Assembly (NCBI RefSeq): GCF_018350175.1
Contig: NC_058369.1
Coordinates: 3,660,001-3,724,000, forward strand
Direction: 5' to 3'
DNA: 64,000 bases
From: Felis catus
Taxonomy: Eukaryota
Shown one piece after another: positions 1-13,669 of this stretch. Position 1 is the stretch's first letter, and every line of letters begins with the position of its first letter. Both the position numbers and the translations under genes were made by a program. Under the pieces are notes generated by a model. It was not told the DNA's origin, searched no databases, and saw nothing but the letters and a program-made list of their open reading frames with translations.

Positions 1-863
1 ATGTTTTATTTAGTTTTGAGAGAGACAGGGAGACAGAGCGTGAGCAGGGGAGGGGCAGAGAGAGAGACAGAGAGAGACAGGGAGAGAGAGGGAGACACAA
101 AATCCCAGGCAGGCTCTAGGCTCTGAGCTGTCAGCACAGAGCTTGACATGGGGTTCGAACTCAAAAGTCACAAGATCAGGACCTGAGCCCAAGTTGGTTG
201 CTTAACTGACTGAGCTGTCCGGGTGCCCTCCCCCCCCTTTTTTAAATGTTTATTTAAAAAAAAATTTTTTTTTTAACGTTTATTTATTTTTGGGACAGAG
301 AGAGACAGAGCATGAACAGGGGAGGGGCAGAGAGAGAGGGAGACACAGAATCGGAAACAGGCTCCAGGCCATCAGCCCAGAGCCCGACGCGGGGCTTGAA
401 CTCACGGACCGCGAGATCGTGACCTGGCTGAAGTCGGACGCTTAACCGACTGCGCCACCCAGGCGCCCCTAATGTTTGTTTATTTTTGAGAGAGAGAGAG
501 AGAGAAACAGGAGCAGGGAGAGAGGGAGACACAGAATCCAAACGAGGCTCTGGGCTCCTAGCTGTCAGCACAGAGCCCGATGCAGGGCTCGAACCCACAA
601 ACCGTGAGATCGTGACCTGAGCCAAAGTCAGACGCTTACCTGACTGAGCCACCCAGGCGCCCTATTTTTTTTTTTTAATTTTAAATGTTTATTTATTTTT
701 GAGGAGATGGGGGAAGTTGGGCAGAGAGGGAGGGAGACAGAATCCAAAGCAGGCTCCAGGCTCAGAGCTGTCAGCACAGAGCCCGACGCAGGGCTCGAAC
801 CCACGAACGTGAGATCATGACCTGAGCCAAAGTTGGTCGCTTAACTGAGCCACCCAGGCGCCC
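1..863 (-). mobile_element. Cluster of four head-to-tail carnivore SINEs (SINEC_Fc-like)
   Basis: Four copies of the reverse complement of GGGGCGCCTGGGTGGCTCAGTCGGTTAAG...GTTCGAGCCCC...(CT)n...AATAAA, ending at ~228, ~469, ~662 and ~863. Confidence 0.93.
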
Positions 864-865
864 CG

Positions 866-1051
866 TGTTGTATTTCCTCTTCTTAATAAGGACACCGGTC
901 ATTGCATTTAGGGCCCCCCCCCCCAGTGTTGACCTCCTCTTAACTTGATGACATCTGCAGAGACCCTATTTCCAAGTGATCCCCTTCCCAGGTACCAGGG
1001 ATTAGTACTCCCACATGTCTTTTTGGGGGACACACAGTTGAACCCACAACA
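866..1051. mobile_element. MaLR (MLT1-like) LTR fragment
   Basis: TAAGGACACC...ACATCTGCAGAGACCCTATTTCCAA...TTTTTGGGGGACACAC...CCCACAACA resembles the MLT1 consensus as I recall it. Confidence 0.65.
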
Positions 1052-1260
1052 CCTTCTGTAATCGGGGTGTGTCTTCTCTGGCTGTGTATTTTCCATACCC
1101 GCCAAGGAGATTGTTGGGGAGGGGACTTCACAGGCCACCGTGATCAAGGTGACCCAAACCCACGCTGGCACAGCCTTTTCTGCGTCGGCTTCTATCTCCT
1201 TCCCCGGGGAGTGAAGTCGGGTGTTCCCCCCGGGATCTGAGCATGGGGTTTTCCTCCTAG

Positions 1261-1476
1261 CTACCCGGAGAATGGAGTGGTCCAGATGAGTCCCCGCGAC
1301 GTGCGGGCCCGTGCCCGAACCATTCTGCAGTGGCAGGAGATAGAGGTCGGCCAGGTGGTCATGCTCAACTATAACCCCGACAACCCCAAGGAGCGTGGCT
1401 TCTGGTACGACGCGGAAATCCTGCGCAAGCGTGAGACGCGGACGGCACGGGAGCTGTATGCCAACGTCAGGCTCGG
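1261..1476 (+). CDS. UHRF1: UHRF1 coding exon (human exon 5 equivalent), tandem Tudor domain; gene starts upstream of the window
   Basis: ttcctcctag|C TAC CCG GAG ... CTC GG|gtgagt; 216 nt; reads [72 protein letters not shown], the UHRF1 TTD sequence. Confidence 0.97.
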
Positions 1477-1826
1477 GTGAGTGACACGCCGGGCCCTGCG
1501 GCTGTCCGGCCGGCGCCGTCTGGGTGAGGCCCTCGGTCTCTGCCACACGCTCACTCGGGGGACCGTCTCCGAGCCCCGGGCCCCGACAGTGGAGATTTCA
1601 AGTTGCCTTTCTCTCTCTTTTGTGCTGTTTGGAGTTTGGTGAATAGTTATAATCTCAAATGGGTCAAAGTCCGGACAGTACCGAAGGAATATTCTCCCTT
1701 TTTCCCTTGGTCACCCGTTTGTCCTTTCTGGAGACCTGTCTTCCTGTTACCTGCCAGGGATATTCTGCGCATAAGCAGGCGTAGACACGCACAGAAGCAA
1801 AGCGCACGTAGGGATGTACTCCGCAT

Positions 1827-2050
1827 CAGGGCTCGGCAAACTGCAGTCCACAGACCAGATCCGGCCGTCTGCCTGTTTCGGCAAATAAAGTTTTATTGGC
1901 ACACAGCCACGCCCATCTCTTCAACGGTTATCTGTGGCTGCTTTGGTGTCACAAGGGCAGAGTTGATTAGTTGGGAAAGAGAGTGCGTGGCCTGCAAAGC
2001 CAAAAATAGTTACCGTCTGGCCCTTTGCAGGAAGTGTTTGCCAAGCCCTA
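1827..2050. mobile_element. MER58-like hAT-Charlie DNA transposon fossil
   Basis: Terminal inverted repeats CAGGGCTCGGCAAAC / GTTTGCCAAGCCCTA and internal AATAAAGTTTTATTGGCACACAGCCA; related copies at ~10750-10970, ~31300-31640 and ~63350-63580. Confidence 0.75.
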
Positions 2051-2060
2051 CCCTACCTTG

Positions 2061-2062
<2 letters not shown>

Positions 2063-2122
<60 letters not shown>

Positions 2123-2156
2123 TGTGTATGTGAGAGAGAGAGAGAGAGAGAGAGAG
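2063..2156. repeat. Compound (TG)n(AG)n microsatellite
   Basis: Long TG run with two TA interruptions, followed directly by an AG run. Confidence 0.98.
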
Positions 2157-2169
2157 AAAATATATATAA

Positions 2170-2530
2170 CAGAAAACTTACTATGTTAAACCTTCCCAAG
2201 CACACAGCTCAGGGGCATCAAACATACTTACACTGTTGTGTAGCTACTCCCACCATCTGTCTCCAGAACTTTCCATCTCCCCAAATTGAGACTCTGTCCC
2301 CATGAAACACTGACTGCCTGCCCCCTGCCCTACCCCTGGGTCCCACCATCTACTCTTTGTCTCTGTGGACGGGACTCTTCTAGGGACCTCCAGTGAGTGG
2401 GGTCACATAGGACGTGTCCTTCCGTGTCTGGCTTCTGTCACTGCGCACAGTGTCCTCCGGGTCCATCCACGTTGTAGCAGGTGTCAGGATTTCCTTCTTG
2501 TGGTTGAAATAATATTCCATCATACGTATC
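2170..2530 (-). mobile_element. L1MB-like LINE-1 3' end fragment, GC-shifted (copy A)
   Basis: CTCCAGAACTTTCCATCTCCCC...CTGTCCCCATGAAAC...AATAATATTCCAT, homologous to copies at ~9490, ~15855 and ~19200. Confidence 0.7.
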
Positions 2531-2805
2531 ATGTATACGTACACAAGTATTTGGGTAACAGTGTCCTAAGCACAGGCACGACAAGTGCAAAGGTCCTGGG
2601 GCAGGGCCATACCTGGCGCATTTGTAGTCTGGGGAGAAAGCCAGTGGGGTGGAGTGGAGGGAAAGAAGGTGGGAGGAACCAAGACTGTGGGAGCCTCCAA
2701 GCATCATGGAGAGGTACGGAACTGGTGTTCATTGTCTGTTGCGGCCAGCCATTGGAGCGTTTAAGCACAGGAGCGACACACTTTCACCTACAGTTAAGAA
2801 TCCAT

Positions 2806-3040
2806 GGGGCGCCTGGGTGGCGCAGTCGGTTAAGCGTCCGACTTCAGCCAGGTCACGATCTCGCGGTCCGTGAGTTCGAGCCCCGCGTCAGGCTCTGGGC
2901 TGATGGCTCAGAGCCTGGAGCCTGCTTCCGATTCTGTGTCTCCCTCTCTCTCTGCCCCTCCCCCGTTCATGCTCTGTCTCTCTCTGTCTCCCAAAAAAAT
3001 AAATAAACGTTGAAAAAAAAAATAAATAAATAAAAAAAAA
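2806..3040 (+). mobile_element. Young felid SINE
   Basis: Near-identical to the copies at 43724, 44562 and 60858; CpGs intact; short TSD AAGAATCC. Confidence 0.95.
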
Positions 3041-3179
3041 GAATCCTAGCTCTGGTGGCCGAGAGGGGAATGGACTGTAGGGGGCAGTGTGGGAGCAGGG
3101 ACACCAGGGCAGAGGCTGATGCTGGCATTTAGGAGCAAGGTCCTGGGGCTCAGGCCAGGCTGCAGCTATGTCATTGCTA

Positions 3180-5000
3180 ACAAAGAACCAGCGTGTTATT
3201 TCATTGCTGGTCTCTATTTTCTTGTTTCCTTTTTTTTAATGTTTGTTTTTGAGAGAGAAAGAGGGAGAGGGAGCACGAGCAGGGGAGGGGCAGAGAGAGA
3301 GGCACACACAGAATCAGAAGCAGGTTCCAGGCTCTGAGCTGTGAGCACAGAGCCTGACGTGGGGCTTGAACCCACCCCAGATCATGACCTGAGCCGAGGT
3401 CGGGCGCTTAACCGACTGAGCCACCCGGGCGCCCCTATGTTTTCTTGTTTCCAATGTCATTGATTACTGCTTTCATCTTTTAAATTTGCTCCCTTCTTCT
3501 TTCTTTGGGTTCTTTTCCTTTTCTAGTTTCTTGAGGTAGCAACTTACACTATTGATCTGAGCCGTTTTCTTTTTTTTTTTTTTTTTAAATTTTTTTTTTC
3601 AACGTTTATTTATTTTTGGGACAGAGAGAGACAGAGCATGAACGGGGGAGGGGCAGAGAGAGAGAGGGAGACACAGAATCGGAAACAGGCTCCAGGCTCT
3701 GAGCCATCAGCCCAGAGCCGGATGCGGGGCTCGAACTCTCAGACCGCGAGATCGTGACCTTGATCTGAGCCGTTTTCTTGCCTGACATCAGCACTCAGTG
3801 CTATACGTTTCCCTCTGAGCACTGCCTTAACTGCTTTCCACATATTTTGCGATGTTGTATTTTTTCTTTTTCTTCACCGTTCAATTTTTTTTTTTTTTTA
3901 TTTCCTTTGAGACTCCCCCTTTGCCTCCTGGCTTCTTTAGAAGTATTGAGTCTCATTCCCAGGTATTCAGAGACTTTTGAGCTGTCCTTCTGTTGCTGAT
4001 TTCTAACTGGACTTTATTGTGGTCAGAGAACGTACTCTGTGTGATTTCACTTCCAAACATGTTGAGGTTTGTTTTATGGCCCCTGCTAGGGAGGGTCTAA
4101 CTTGGTGAATATTCTGGGGTTCCTTAAAAAAAAGCATATTCTGTTGGTGGGCAGAATGTCGTGCTTAACTCTGTGAGAGTTTGTTCTCTGGTGGTGCTCA
4201 CTACGGATCCTTGCTGCTTGTCTGTCTGGTTCTCTGTCAGGTGCCCCGTGCGGCCCTGCGACCAGAAGGCCCGAAGGCCTGCTCTCGCTGTGGGGCGTGT
4301 CTGCCTCTCTTGCACAGTTGGGAGGCTCTTGTCTGGTGCACACACCTTTAGGGCAGTTCCGTCCTCCTGGTCAAAGATCTTTCTGTTGTGTTAGTTTTCC
4401 TGGCTCCGCGGGGAGGGTATGACATACCTGCTTGGCTTTTGCAAGTTACCATTTGCATGCTGTGTCCTTTTCTTCCCTTTGACTTTCCAACCGATGTGGT
4501 TGAATTGGAAGCGACGTTCCCATACACAGGTTACAACTGGGTTTTTTGTTTTTTTTTTTAATTTTTTTTAACGTTTTATTTATTTTTGAGACAGAGAGAG
4601 ACAGAGCATGAACGGGGCAGGGGCAGAGAGAGAGGGAGACACAGAATCGGAAGCAGGCTCCAGGCTCTGAGCCATCAGCCCAGAGCCTGACGTGGGGCTC
4701 GGACTCACGGACCGCGAGATCGTGACCTGAGCTGAAGTCGGAGGCTTAACCGACTGAGCCACCCAGGCGCCCCCAACTGGGTTGTTTTTTAATCCACTTT
4801 GCCATCTTGCCTCTTAATTGGCACGTTTAGACTGTTCACGCTTCCGGTAATCATGCTGTGCTGGGACTTTGTTCCCTCTGTTTCCTCCGTTTCCCGTGGG
4901 TCACTTAAAACGTGTTACAGGATTCTGTGCAGATTTGCGTGTGGTCTCCCGAGTGTATCGCTGTGCGTGGCTTTCCTAGTGGTTTCTCTGGATTTCACTG
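3180..5000 (-). mobile_element. Old LINE-1 (L1M) ORF2 5' region fragment interrupted by SINEs at ~3230-3435, ~3572-3759 and ~4545-4773
   Basis: Motifs such as TTCCACATATTTTG, TGGTCAGAGAAC.TACT.TGT.TGATTT and GAGGTTTGTTTTATGGCC are shared with the L1 fragment at ~44000-44200. Confidence 0.7.
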
Positions 5001-6134
5001 TAAACACGTGACATACTGGTGGTCACTCTTGCCACTTGGGGTGAAGAGTAGAAACCTGTCTTCGTTTCTGTCCCTTCATAGTCCCCGAGAAGCGGACGGT
5101 GTCAGGATCTGTGTCCCCTATGGCCTTGAGGACGCGCACGGAGGCCAATCTGGCGTATGTGCCCACACTCGTGCCCTTTCTGTTTTTCTCTCCTCCTTGT
5201 GCTCTTCAGATGCCTTCCTGTATAATTTCCTACCTGTCGGAGGAACTTCCTTCGCCTTCGTGCGAGGGCGTGTCCACTAGCAATGGATTCTTGTCACTTT
5301 CCTTCCTCTGACAATGCCACTGCCCCCAGCGTAGTGAGGTAACGCCCAGGCGTTGAGCCGTCGCAACCATGCATCTCTTGCGGGTTACTTCTGTAAGGTG
5401 ACTGTTCCTAAGAAACTTAGTTGTAATAGTATCATCACGACGCAAAGATGAATCGCAATTTTTTTTCACTTTTTAACTGATTCACGTTAAGTGGCCTCTA
5501 TGCCTAATGCGGGGCTCGAGCCCACGACCCCAAGATCGAGGGTCACATGCTCCACCGCCTGAGCCAGCCCAGCGCCCCGGTCCTAATTTCTGAGTCACGT
5601 GTTCGGTCGTTGGTTCGTCTTCCAGTTATGTCACCTTTTTTTCCTCGGCCATCCGTTTGGTCGGGATCTGTGTAACGTGCACGGGCTTCAGTTAGGTTGC
5701 CATGTATCGTTCAAGCTGCTGTTCCCTTTCAGTCTCTGGTCCTTTGCTGTCCCCCTTTCCTGACCGGGCTCTCTGTTGCAGAAGCCGGGTTGTTTGTGCC
5801 AAAGCATCCCCGCAGCGGGGTTTTGCCTTGCGCATCTCCCAGCGCCACCTCCTACGCGCCTTTTCCCCCGGGCTTCCCGTGAACTGGTGGGGCGACCTGG
5901 GCCTATGTGGCCCAGGGCCGTGGCTGTGGCCACTCGTGCTGTCGAGCACCAAAACGTGGCCAGCACGAGCTGAGACGTGCCGGGAGTGTGAGACACACAC
6001 TGGGCGTCAGGACTTTGTGCTGGAAAAGAACACCAAGGAGCTTGTTAACAGCGCCGCGACGGTCCTCACGGGTTGAAATAATATTCTGTGTACGTTGGGT
6101 TACATGGAACGCATTCCCATCAATTCTGTTGCTT

Positions 6135-7257
6135 TTAAAAAAAAAGTTTTTTTTTTAACATTGATTCGTTTTTTGAGAGACAGAGAGAGATAGTACGAGC
6201 AGGGGAAGGACAGAGAGGGAGACACAGAATCTGAAGCAGCTCCAGGCTCCGATCTGTCAGCACAGAGCCTGACGTGGGGCTTGAACCCACGGATAGAGAG
6301 ATCATGCCCTGAACCAAAGTCAGAGGCTCAACCGACTGAGCCACCCAGGCGCCCCTTGCTTTTTTTTTTGTTTTTAATGTTTAGTTATTTTTGAGAGAGA
6401 GACAGAGCATGAGCGGGGGAGGGGCGGAGAGAGGGAGACAGAATCCAAAGCAGACTCCAGCTCTGAGCTGTCGGCATGGAGCCCAATGTGGGGCTTGAAC
6501 TCGTGAACCACGAGATCATGACCTGAGCCGAAGTTGGACGCTCAACCAACTGAGCCACCAAGATGCCCCCGGTTCGTTGTTGTTGTTGTTGTTGTTTAAA
6601 GCTTATATATTCATTATTTTGAGAGAAAGAGTGCAAGTGGGGGAGGGGCGGAGAGAGAGGGAGAGAGAGAATCCCAAGCAGGCTCTGTACTGTCGGCACA
6701 GAGCCGGATGCAGGGCTTGAACTCCTGAACCACAGGCTCCTGACCTGAGCCAAAGTCAGATGCTTAACCAACTGAGGCCCCAGGCACCCTGAGTTCCATC
6801 CGTTTTTACTTTTCCAGGATGGTTGTTAGCAAACGTAGAATTGCACAGGTGGCCCATGTTGGTGACCACATTCGGTTGCCATTGGGGACGTTGTTGATGG
6901 AGTTGTTGGATTGATGCCTGGAGGTCATTGTTTTCTTTTAAATGTCTGTTTCATTTTGAGCGTGGAGGCTGATGTTTGATCTCGAGAACCGTGAGATTAT
7001 GACATGAGCTGGAATCAAGACTGGGACGCTTGGGGGCACCTGGGGGGCTCAGTCGGTTGAGCGTCCGACTTTGGCTCAGGTCGTGATCTCACAGCTTGTG
7101 GGTTTGAGCCCCGCCTCGGGCTCTGTGCTGACAGCTCAGAGCCTGGAGCCCGCTTCGGATTCTGTGTCTCCCTCTCTCTGCCCCTCCCCTGCTCCTGCTC
7201 TGTCTCTGGAAAAAAAATAAAAGAGCCAGACACTTAACTAAACCACCCTGGCGCCCC
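6135..7257. mobile_element. SINE cluster: three minus-strand copies, then a plus-strand copy (~7032-7222) nested in a fourth minus-strand copy
   Basis: SINE motifs; the host SINE resumes (GACACTTAACTAAACCACCCTGGCGCCCC) after the inserted copy's A-tail. Confidence 0.88.
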
Positions 7258-7624
7258 TCACTGGGGGTCCCTTTAAGCTATCAGAGTTTTCATAGTGTGA
7301 GACCAGGAAATTGAATCAGACTTTACCTGTAGGTTTTGTATGCCTAATTCCATCGGTCTTGCCTGCCGCAAGGTTAGACATTGTTCTCTCAGACGCATCA
7401 CGTGGTGAAACCCCGGTGTGCGTGTCGTTTTCGTCTGGTTTCTGAGCCGGTGGGACTTGACCTGGCGAGGGGAGGAGTTCCGTGGGCGCTCGCGGCCCCC
7501 GTAGCATTCGGACCAGAGCTGCCCGTGCGCTCTGCGAGCCGCGTTAGGTGGCAGGGTCCCCGCCGCGGCCCCCGGGGCGGGTCGGCCAGCTGGAACGGTC
7601 TAACTAACGGCTTCTGCGTCACAG

Positions 7625-7725
7625 GGACGATTCTCTCAATGACTGTCGGATCATCTTCGTGGACGAGGTGTTCAAGATCGAGCGCCCGGGCGAGGGGAGC
7701 CCCGTGGTGGAAAACCCGATGAGAA
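7625..7725 (+). CDS. UHRF1: UHRF1 coding exon (exon 6 equivalent), end of TTD and TTD-PHD linker
   Basis: acag|G GAC GAT ... ATG AGA A|gtgcgt; 101 nt; [33 protein letters not shown]; phase-compatible with neighbours. Confidence 0.96.
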
Positions 7726-7844
7726 GTGCGTTCGGGTCCCGCCCCACCGTGTGTTCCGCGTCGGGCGTGGGGTGGGGGGGCGGCTCCCGTCCCGACCGTG
7801 CCCGGCTGGCGCCGCCCGCGCTGAGCCCGCCGTCCCGTGCGCAG

Positions 7845-8031
7845 GGAAGAGCGGGCCCTCCTGCAGGCACTGCAGAGACGACGAGAACAAGGCCTGCCGC
7901 GTGTGCGCCTGCCACCTGTGCGGGGGCAAGCAGGACCCGGACAAGCAGCTCATGTGCGACGAGTGCGACATGGCCTTCCACACCTACTGCCTGCGCCCGC
8001 CCCTCAGCAGCATCCCCAAGGAGGACGAGTG
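7845..8031 (+). CDS. UHRF1: UHRF1 coding exon (exon 7 equivalent), PHD finger
   Basis: gcag|GG AAG AGC ... GAG TG|gtgagc; 187 nt; [10 protein letters not shown]...[41 protein letters not shown]; the RRKS linker motif forms across the upstream junction. Confidence 0.97.
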
Positions 8032-8607
8032 GTGAGCGGGCGGGCCGGGGCTGGGGGGGGGGGGGGAGGGCCGGCGTCACGGCACGTCTGAAGCGCGGCC
8101 TCTCGGCCACCACGCTCCGCGTCGACGCGGACGGGGCGGTGGCGACGGGCTCGGCTCCGGGCCGGGGACCCTCCCTCCCCCTCGCCCAACCTGTTCGGGC
8201 TTGTTGCCGCCGCTCCTCGTGGCTGTCGTTCGCACACCTCGCCCTCGCCGGGGTGGGGAAACCGAGTCCGCGGCCGCGAGCAGGTGCCCGTCGAGCGTCC
8301 CCGTGTGTGTCCCGTATCCCAGCCGGATTTGCCCTCCTCGTCGGGAGGCCCCGGGAATTCCCGTGGGAGAGGGACGAGCGTCTGCCGTCCAGTAGAACGT
8401 TCCGGGGCGAGGGGAACATTCCCGCCCTGCCTTGCCCTGCCCGGTGGGGTCGCTCGCCACGCGTGAGCTGGGCTTCTCGTTAAACGCGCCGGCGTCCATT
8501 GAAATGGAAACGCCCCCCTCCCCCAGCGCAGGACGGCAGGGAGTCGGGGAGCCGGCGTGTCTGCGGTGTGGGGCCCGAGGGAGGGGCCGGGCGCGGGCTG
8601 GAGGTGA

Positions 8608-9213
<606 letters not shown>

Positions 9214-9351
9214 TAACAGGGGTGATGACGCCTTTGGCAGAAGAGTCTCGCCGCTGGCTTTGAAAGTGGGAGGGAGCCAGGGCGGTGGGGTTGACTGTCT
9301 CTGTCGCAGCCAGTCCTGAGGGCTCCACTTATTTCTCGGTGATCGTTGTAG

Positions 9352-10095
<744 letters not shown>

Positions 10096-10130
10096 ACTTG
10101 TCACGTTCTGTGTCTCTGTTGACATCCTGA

Positions 10131-10427
<297 letters not shown>

Positions 10428-10453
10428 TAGGGTCCCATTAGAAGGGCGGTGGA

Positions 10454-10658
10454 GGGGCGCCTGGGTGGCTCAGTGGGTTAAGCGTCCAACCTCAACTCAG
10501 GTCATGATCTCGCGGTTCGTGAGTTCTAGCCCCGCCTCAGTCGGGCTCTGTGCTGTCAGCACAGAGCCTGCTTCGGGTCCTGTCTCCCTCTCTCTCTGCC
10601 CCTCCCCTGCTCACGTGTGCTCTCTCTCTCTCTCTCTCAAAAGTAAACATTAAAAAAA
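10454..10658 (+). mobile_element. Carnivore SINE
   Basis: GGGGCGCCTGGGTGGCTCAGTGGGTTAAG...(CT)n...AAACATTAAAA. Confidence 0.93.
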
Positions 10659-10979
10659 GTCTGCCATTTAAAAAAAAGAAACACTGGTAGAACGTAAGGA
10701 TGACGAACATCCCTTTTTTTTTACGTTCCTTTGCTAAAGTCCTTCAGATGTGTTAAAGCAAACTTTTTCCCTAAAAGGCCAGATTGTGGATATTTGTGGC
10801 TTTGTGGGCCGCACGGTCTCTGTTGTAACCATTCAATGCTGCCATTGTGACACAAAAGCCGCCTCAGAGCCCGTGTAAATGAATAAGCACGGTTGTGTTT
10901 CAGCAAAACTTTATTTGCAAAACCAAGTGGCGGGCCAGTGATTGCCGGCCCCGCACTGCAGATTGGCAACGGATTTTAT

Positions 10980-12290
10980 AAGCACAAAAAGCATCACGAA
11001 ACCGAGAAAATGACAAGAGATGCGATGACCTGAGTGTTACACATTGCATCAATAAAACCCATACGTAGAGTGAAAAGGCAGATGACTATTTGGGGGACAA
11101 GTCTGCTACGGACATGGTACGTGATGGCTGTGTTCTCGTATATAAAGAGCTGTTGCAGATCAATAAGAACAACTAATAGGGAATGGCAAAAGACACACGG
11201 ATCGTTCACAAAGGAAACGCACATCCTTAATGACCGCGAAAGCTTACTCCGTGTTGGTAATCAGAGAATACAGATTGAAGCGATGGTAAACTCCTATTTT
11301 TTCCCCTGTAAAATTGGCCAAAACCTCTAAAATGCTGAGAAATGTCAAGACCGAGACTAGTGTTCCACCGTTGGTAGAAATACAGATGCGGGGGCAGCCT
11401 GGGGTGGCTCTGTTGGTTAAGCGTCTGACTTTGGCTCCGGTCATGGTCTCAGGGTTCGTGAGTTCGAGCCCCATATTGGGTGAACTTAAGCCCTGCTTTG
11501 GGATTCTCCTTCCCTCCCTCTCTGTCTGTCTCTGTCTCTCTCTCTGCCCCTCGCTCACTTGCGCTCTCTCAAAAATAAAAGAAAAAAGAAACACAGGTGG
11601 GTGCCACCTTCTCGGAAAGTTATCTGTATGTATAGAGAGCCTTGAAAACGTTCTTATCCGTGACCCTGTAATTCTACTTTGGAAGTGTGTTTGTGAGACA
11701 CGAGAGCATGAAAATCTTATGTGTAGTGACCTGTGTATATTTTTAAGATCTTATTTTTAAAGTTTTATTTTTTGGGGAGAGAGAGCGTGCACGCGTGCAT
11801 GAGTGGGAATGGGGTGGAGAGGGGGAGACAGAACTCCAAGCAGGCGCCGTGATGTCAGTGAAGAGCCCGATGTGGGGCTTGAATTCACGAACCGCAAGAT
11901 CATGACCTAAGCCGAAATCAAGAGTCAAGATACCTAGCCGACTGAGCCCCTCCCCTCCCCGCCGCACCTCTATACGTAGTGATATTTATCATACCGTTGT
12001 CTAAAATCGCAGAATTCAGGGGGCCTGGGTGGCTCATTCGATGAAGCATCCAACTTCAGCTCAGGTCACGATCTCGAGGTTGGTGGGTTTGAGCTCCGAG
12101 TCGGGCTCTGCGCTGGTGATGCGGAGCCTGCTGGGGATCCTCTCTGTCCCTCCCCTGCTCGTGCGTGTGCGCTTTCTCCCCCTCTCCCCCTCTCTCTCAG
12201 ATAAATAAACTTAAGTAAATAAAATCGCAGAAGAAGTAACTAAATACCGGGGGGGGGGGGGTGGCATGCTTTGTTACACAGTTATTTGTC
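10980..12290. mobile_element. Old plus-strand LINE-1 3' fragment with three inserted SINEs (+ ~11391-11590, - ~11745-11950, + ~12019-12225)
   Basis: A-rich L1-like text (AGAGTGAAAAGGCA..., AAATTGGCCAAAA, GACCCTGTAATTCTACTT) interleaved with SINEs. Confidence 0.65.
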
Positions 12291-12579
12291 TAGTGGAGTA
12301 TCTTAGGTTCAGTGGCTGTTGGGGGCCCGTGTTCAGGAAAGCCTGGACGATGCGGGGACTGCCCTGAGCTCACTTTTGGGACGAGAGCTGGACCCACGCG
12401 TCTGTAGTCATCCTCAGGAAGCGTGTGTCCACGTCTCGTCTCTCCTTCTGAGCCACGAAGACGCTGCCAGTCGTCTGTGCTGAGCCTGACCCCCGGTCTG
12501 CCTGTCCCGGGGCCTCCGTGCCCCTCGGTGGGACAGGCCTCCCAGCCCCACGTGGCTTCGCACAGCTCCGCGTGCTGTG

Positions 12580-13200
12580 TTCGTGTCCTGCGGCTGCTCC
12601 TGTCATAAAACAACAGGAATTCATTCTTGCGTAATTCTGGAGCCCAGACCCTGAAATGCCGGGGTCGGCGGGGCCGTGCTTCCTGTGAAGCCTGTGAGGG
12701 AGCATCCCCGCCTCCCCCCCCCCCCCCCCCCGGCCTCTTCCAGCCGCCGGCGGTCTCTGGCGTCCCGTGGCTCCTGGGTGCGTCCCTCCAGCCTTTGCCT
12801 CTTTCACGTGGGCTTCTCCCCCGGGTGCTGTGCCTCCGTTCCTTTTTCCTTTTTTTTTTTTAACTAATGTTTTTAAAGCTTTTAAAACTTATTCTGAGAG
12901 AGACAGCCAGCGGGGGAGGGGCGGAGAGACAGAGAGAGACCGAATCCCAAGTGGGGCTCTGCGCGCTCAGCCCAGAGCCGGACCCGGGGCTCGACCTCGC
13001 GAACCATGAGATCATTCGTGATCTGAGCCGAGACCAAGAGTCAGATGCTGAACCGACTGAGCCACCCAGACACCACTCCCCCCACCCCCCCCCACCCCGT
13101 ACCCTTTTCCCATAAGAACAGTCAGGGCCGCACTAGCCCGCTCTGATCTCTTTTGAACCTGACCCCCGTCTGCCACACCCTCTTTCCAGAGAAGGTCGGG
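12580..13200. mobile_element. MaLR (MLT1-like) LTR split by a minus-strand SINE (~12850-13070)
   Basis: AAAACAACAGGAATTCATTCT...TTCTGGAG...GGGCCGTGCTTCC; resumes with ATAAGAACAGTCA...CCCTCTTTCCA. Similar LTR pieces at ~16700-17110 and ~60400-60610. Confidence 0.65.
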
Positions 13201-13287
13201 CCCGCGCCCTAGCGGCGAGAGCGTGAGCCTCTCTTTCGGGGCGACGCCGGCCGGCCTCTCCCTCACGGGGCCTCGCTCTCCCCCCAG

Positions 13288-13450
13288 GGCGCTGGCCCTG
13301 AACTGCAGCGCCCCCATCAACGACCGCAAAGGGGCCGAGGCCAAGGACTGGCGGTCGGGGAAGCCGGTGCGGGTCGTGCGGAACGTCAAGGGTCGGAAGC
13401 ACAGCAAGTACGCTCCCGCCGAGGGGAACCGGTACGACGGCATCTACAAG
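13288..13450 (+). CDS. UHRF1: UHRF1 coding exon (exon 12 equivalent), SRA
   Basis: cccag|G GCG CTG ... TAC AAG|gtgagc; 163 nt; [54 protein letters not shown]. Confidence 0.97.
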
Positions 13451-13531
13451 GTGAGCGCGAGCGGCCCTGCCTCCCCGCCGGCCGTGCGGCCCCAGACCCC
13501 GCACGTTGCTGACGCCGGCCGCTGCCCGCAG

Positions 13532-13669
13532 GTCGTGAGGTACTGGCCGGAGAAGGGCAAGTCCGGCTTCCTGGTGTGGCGCTACCTGCTCCGGCGGGAC
13601 GATGCGGAACCCGGTCCCTGGACGAAGGAGGGGAAGGACCGGATCAAGAAGCTGGGGCTGACCATGCAG
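13532..13669 (+). CDS. UHRF1: UHRF1 coding exon (exon 13 equivalent), end of SRA
   Basis: gcag|GTC GTG ... ATG CAG|gtgcgt; 138 nt; [46 protein letters not shown]. Confidence 0.97.

Noticed and set aside
1..863. tRNA-like A/B boxes (TGGCTCAGTCGG, GTTCGAGCC) suggesting tRNA genes
   Set aside because: They are heads of tRNA-derived carnivore SINEs followed by (CT)n and A-tails
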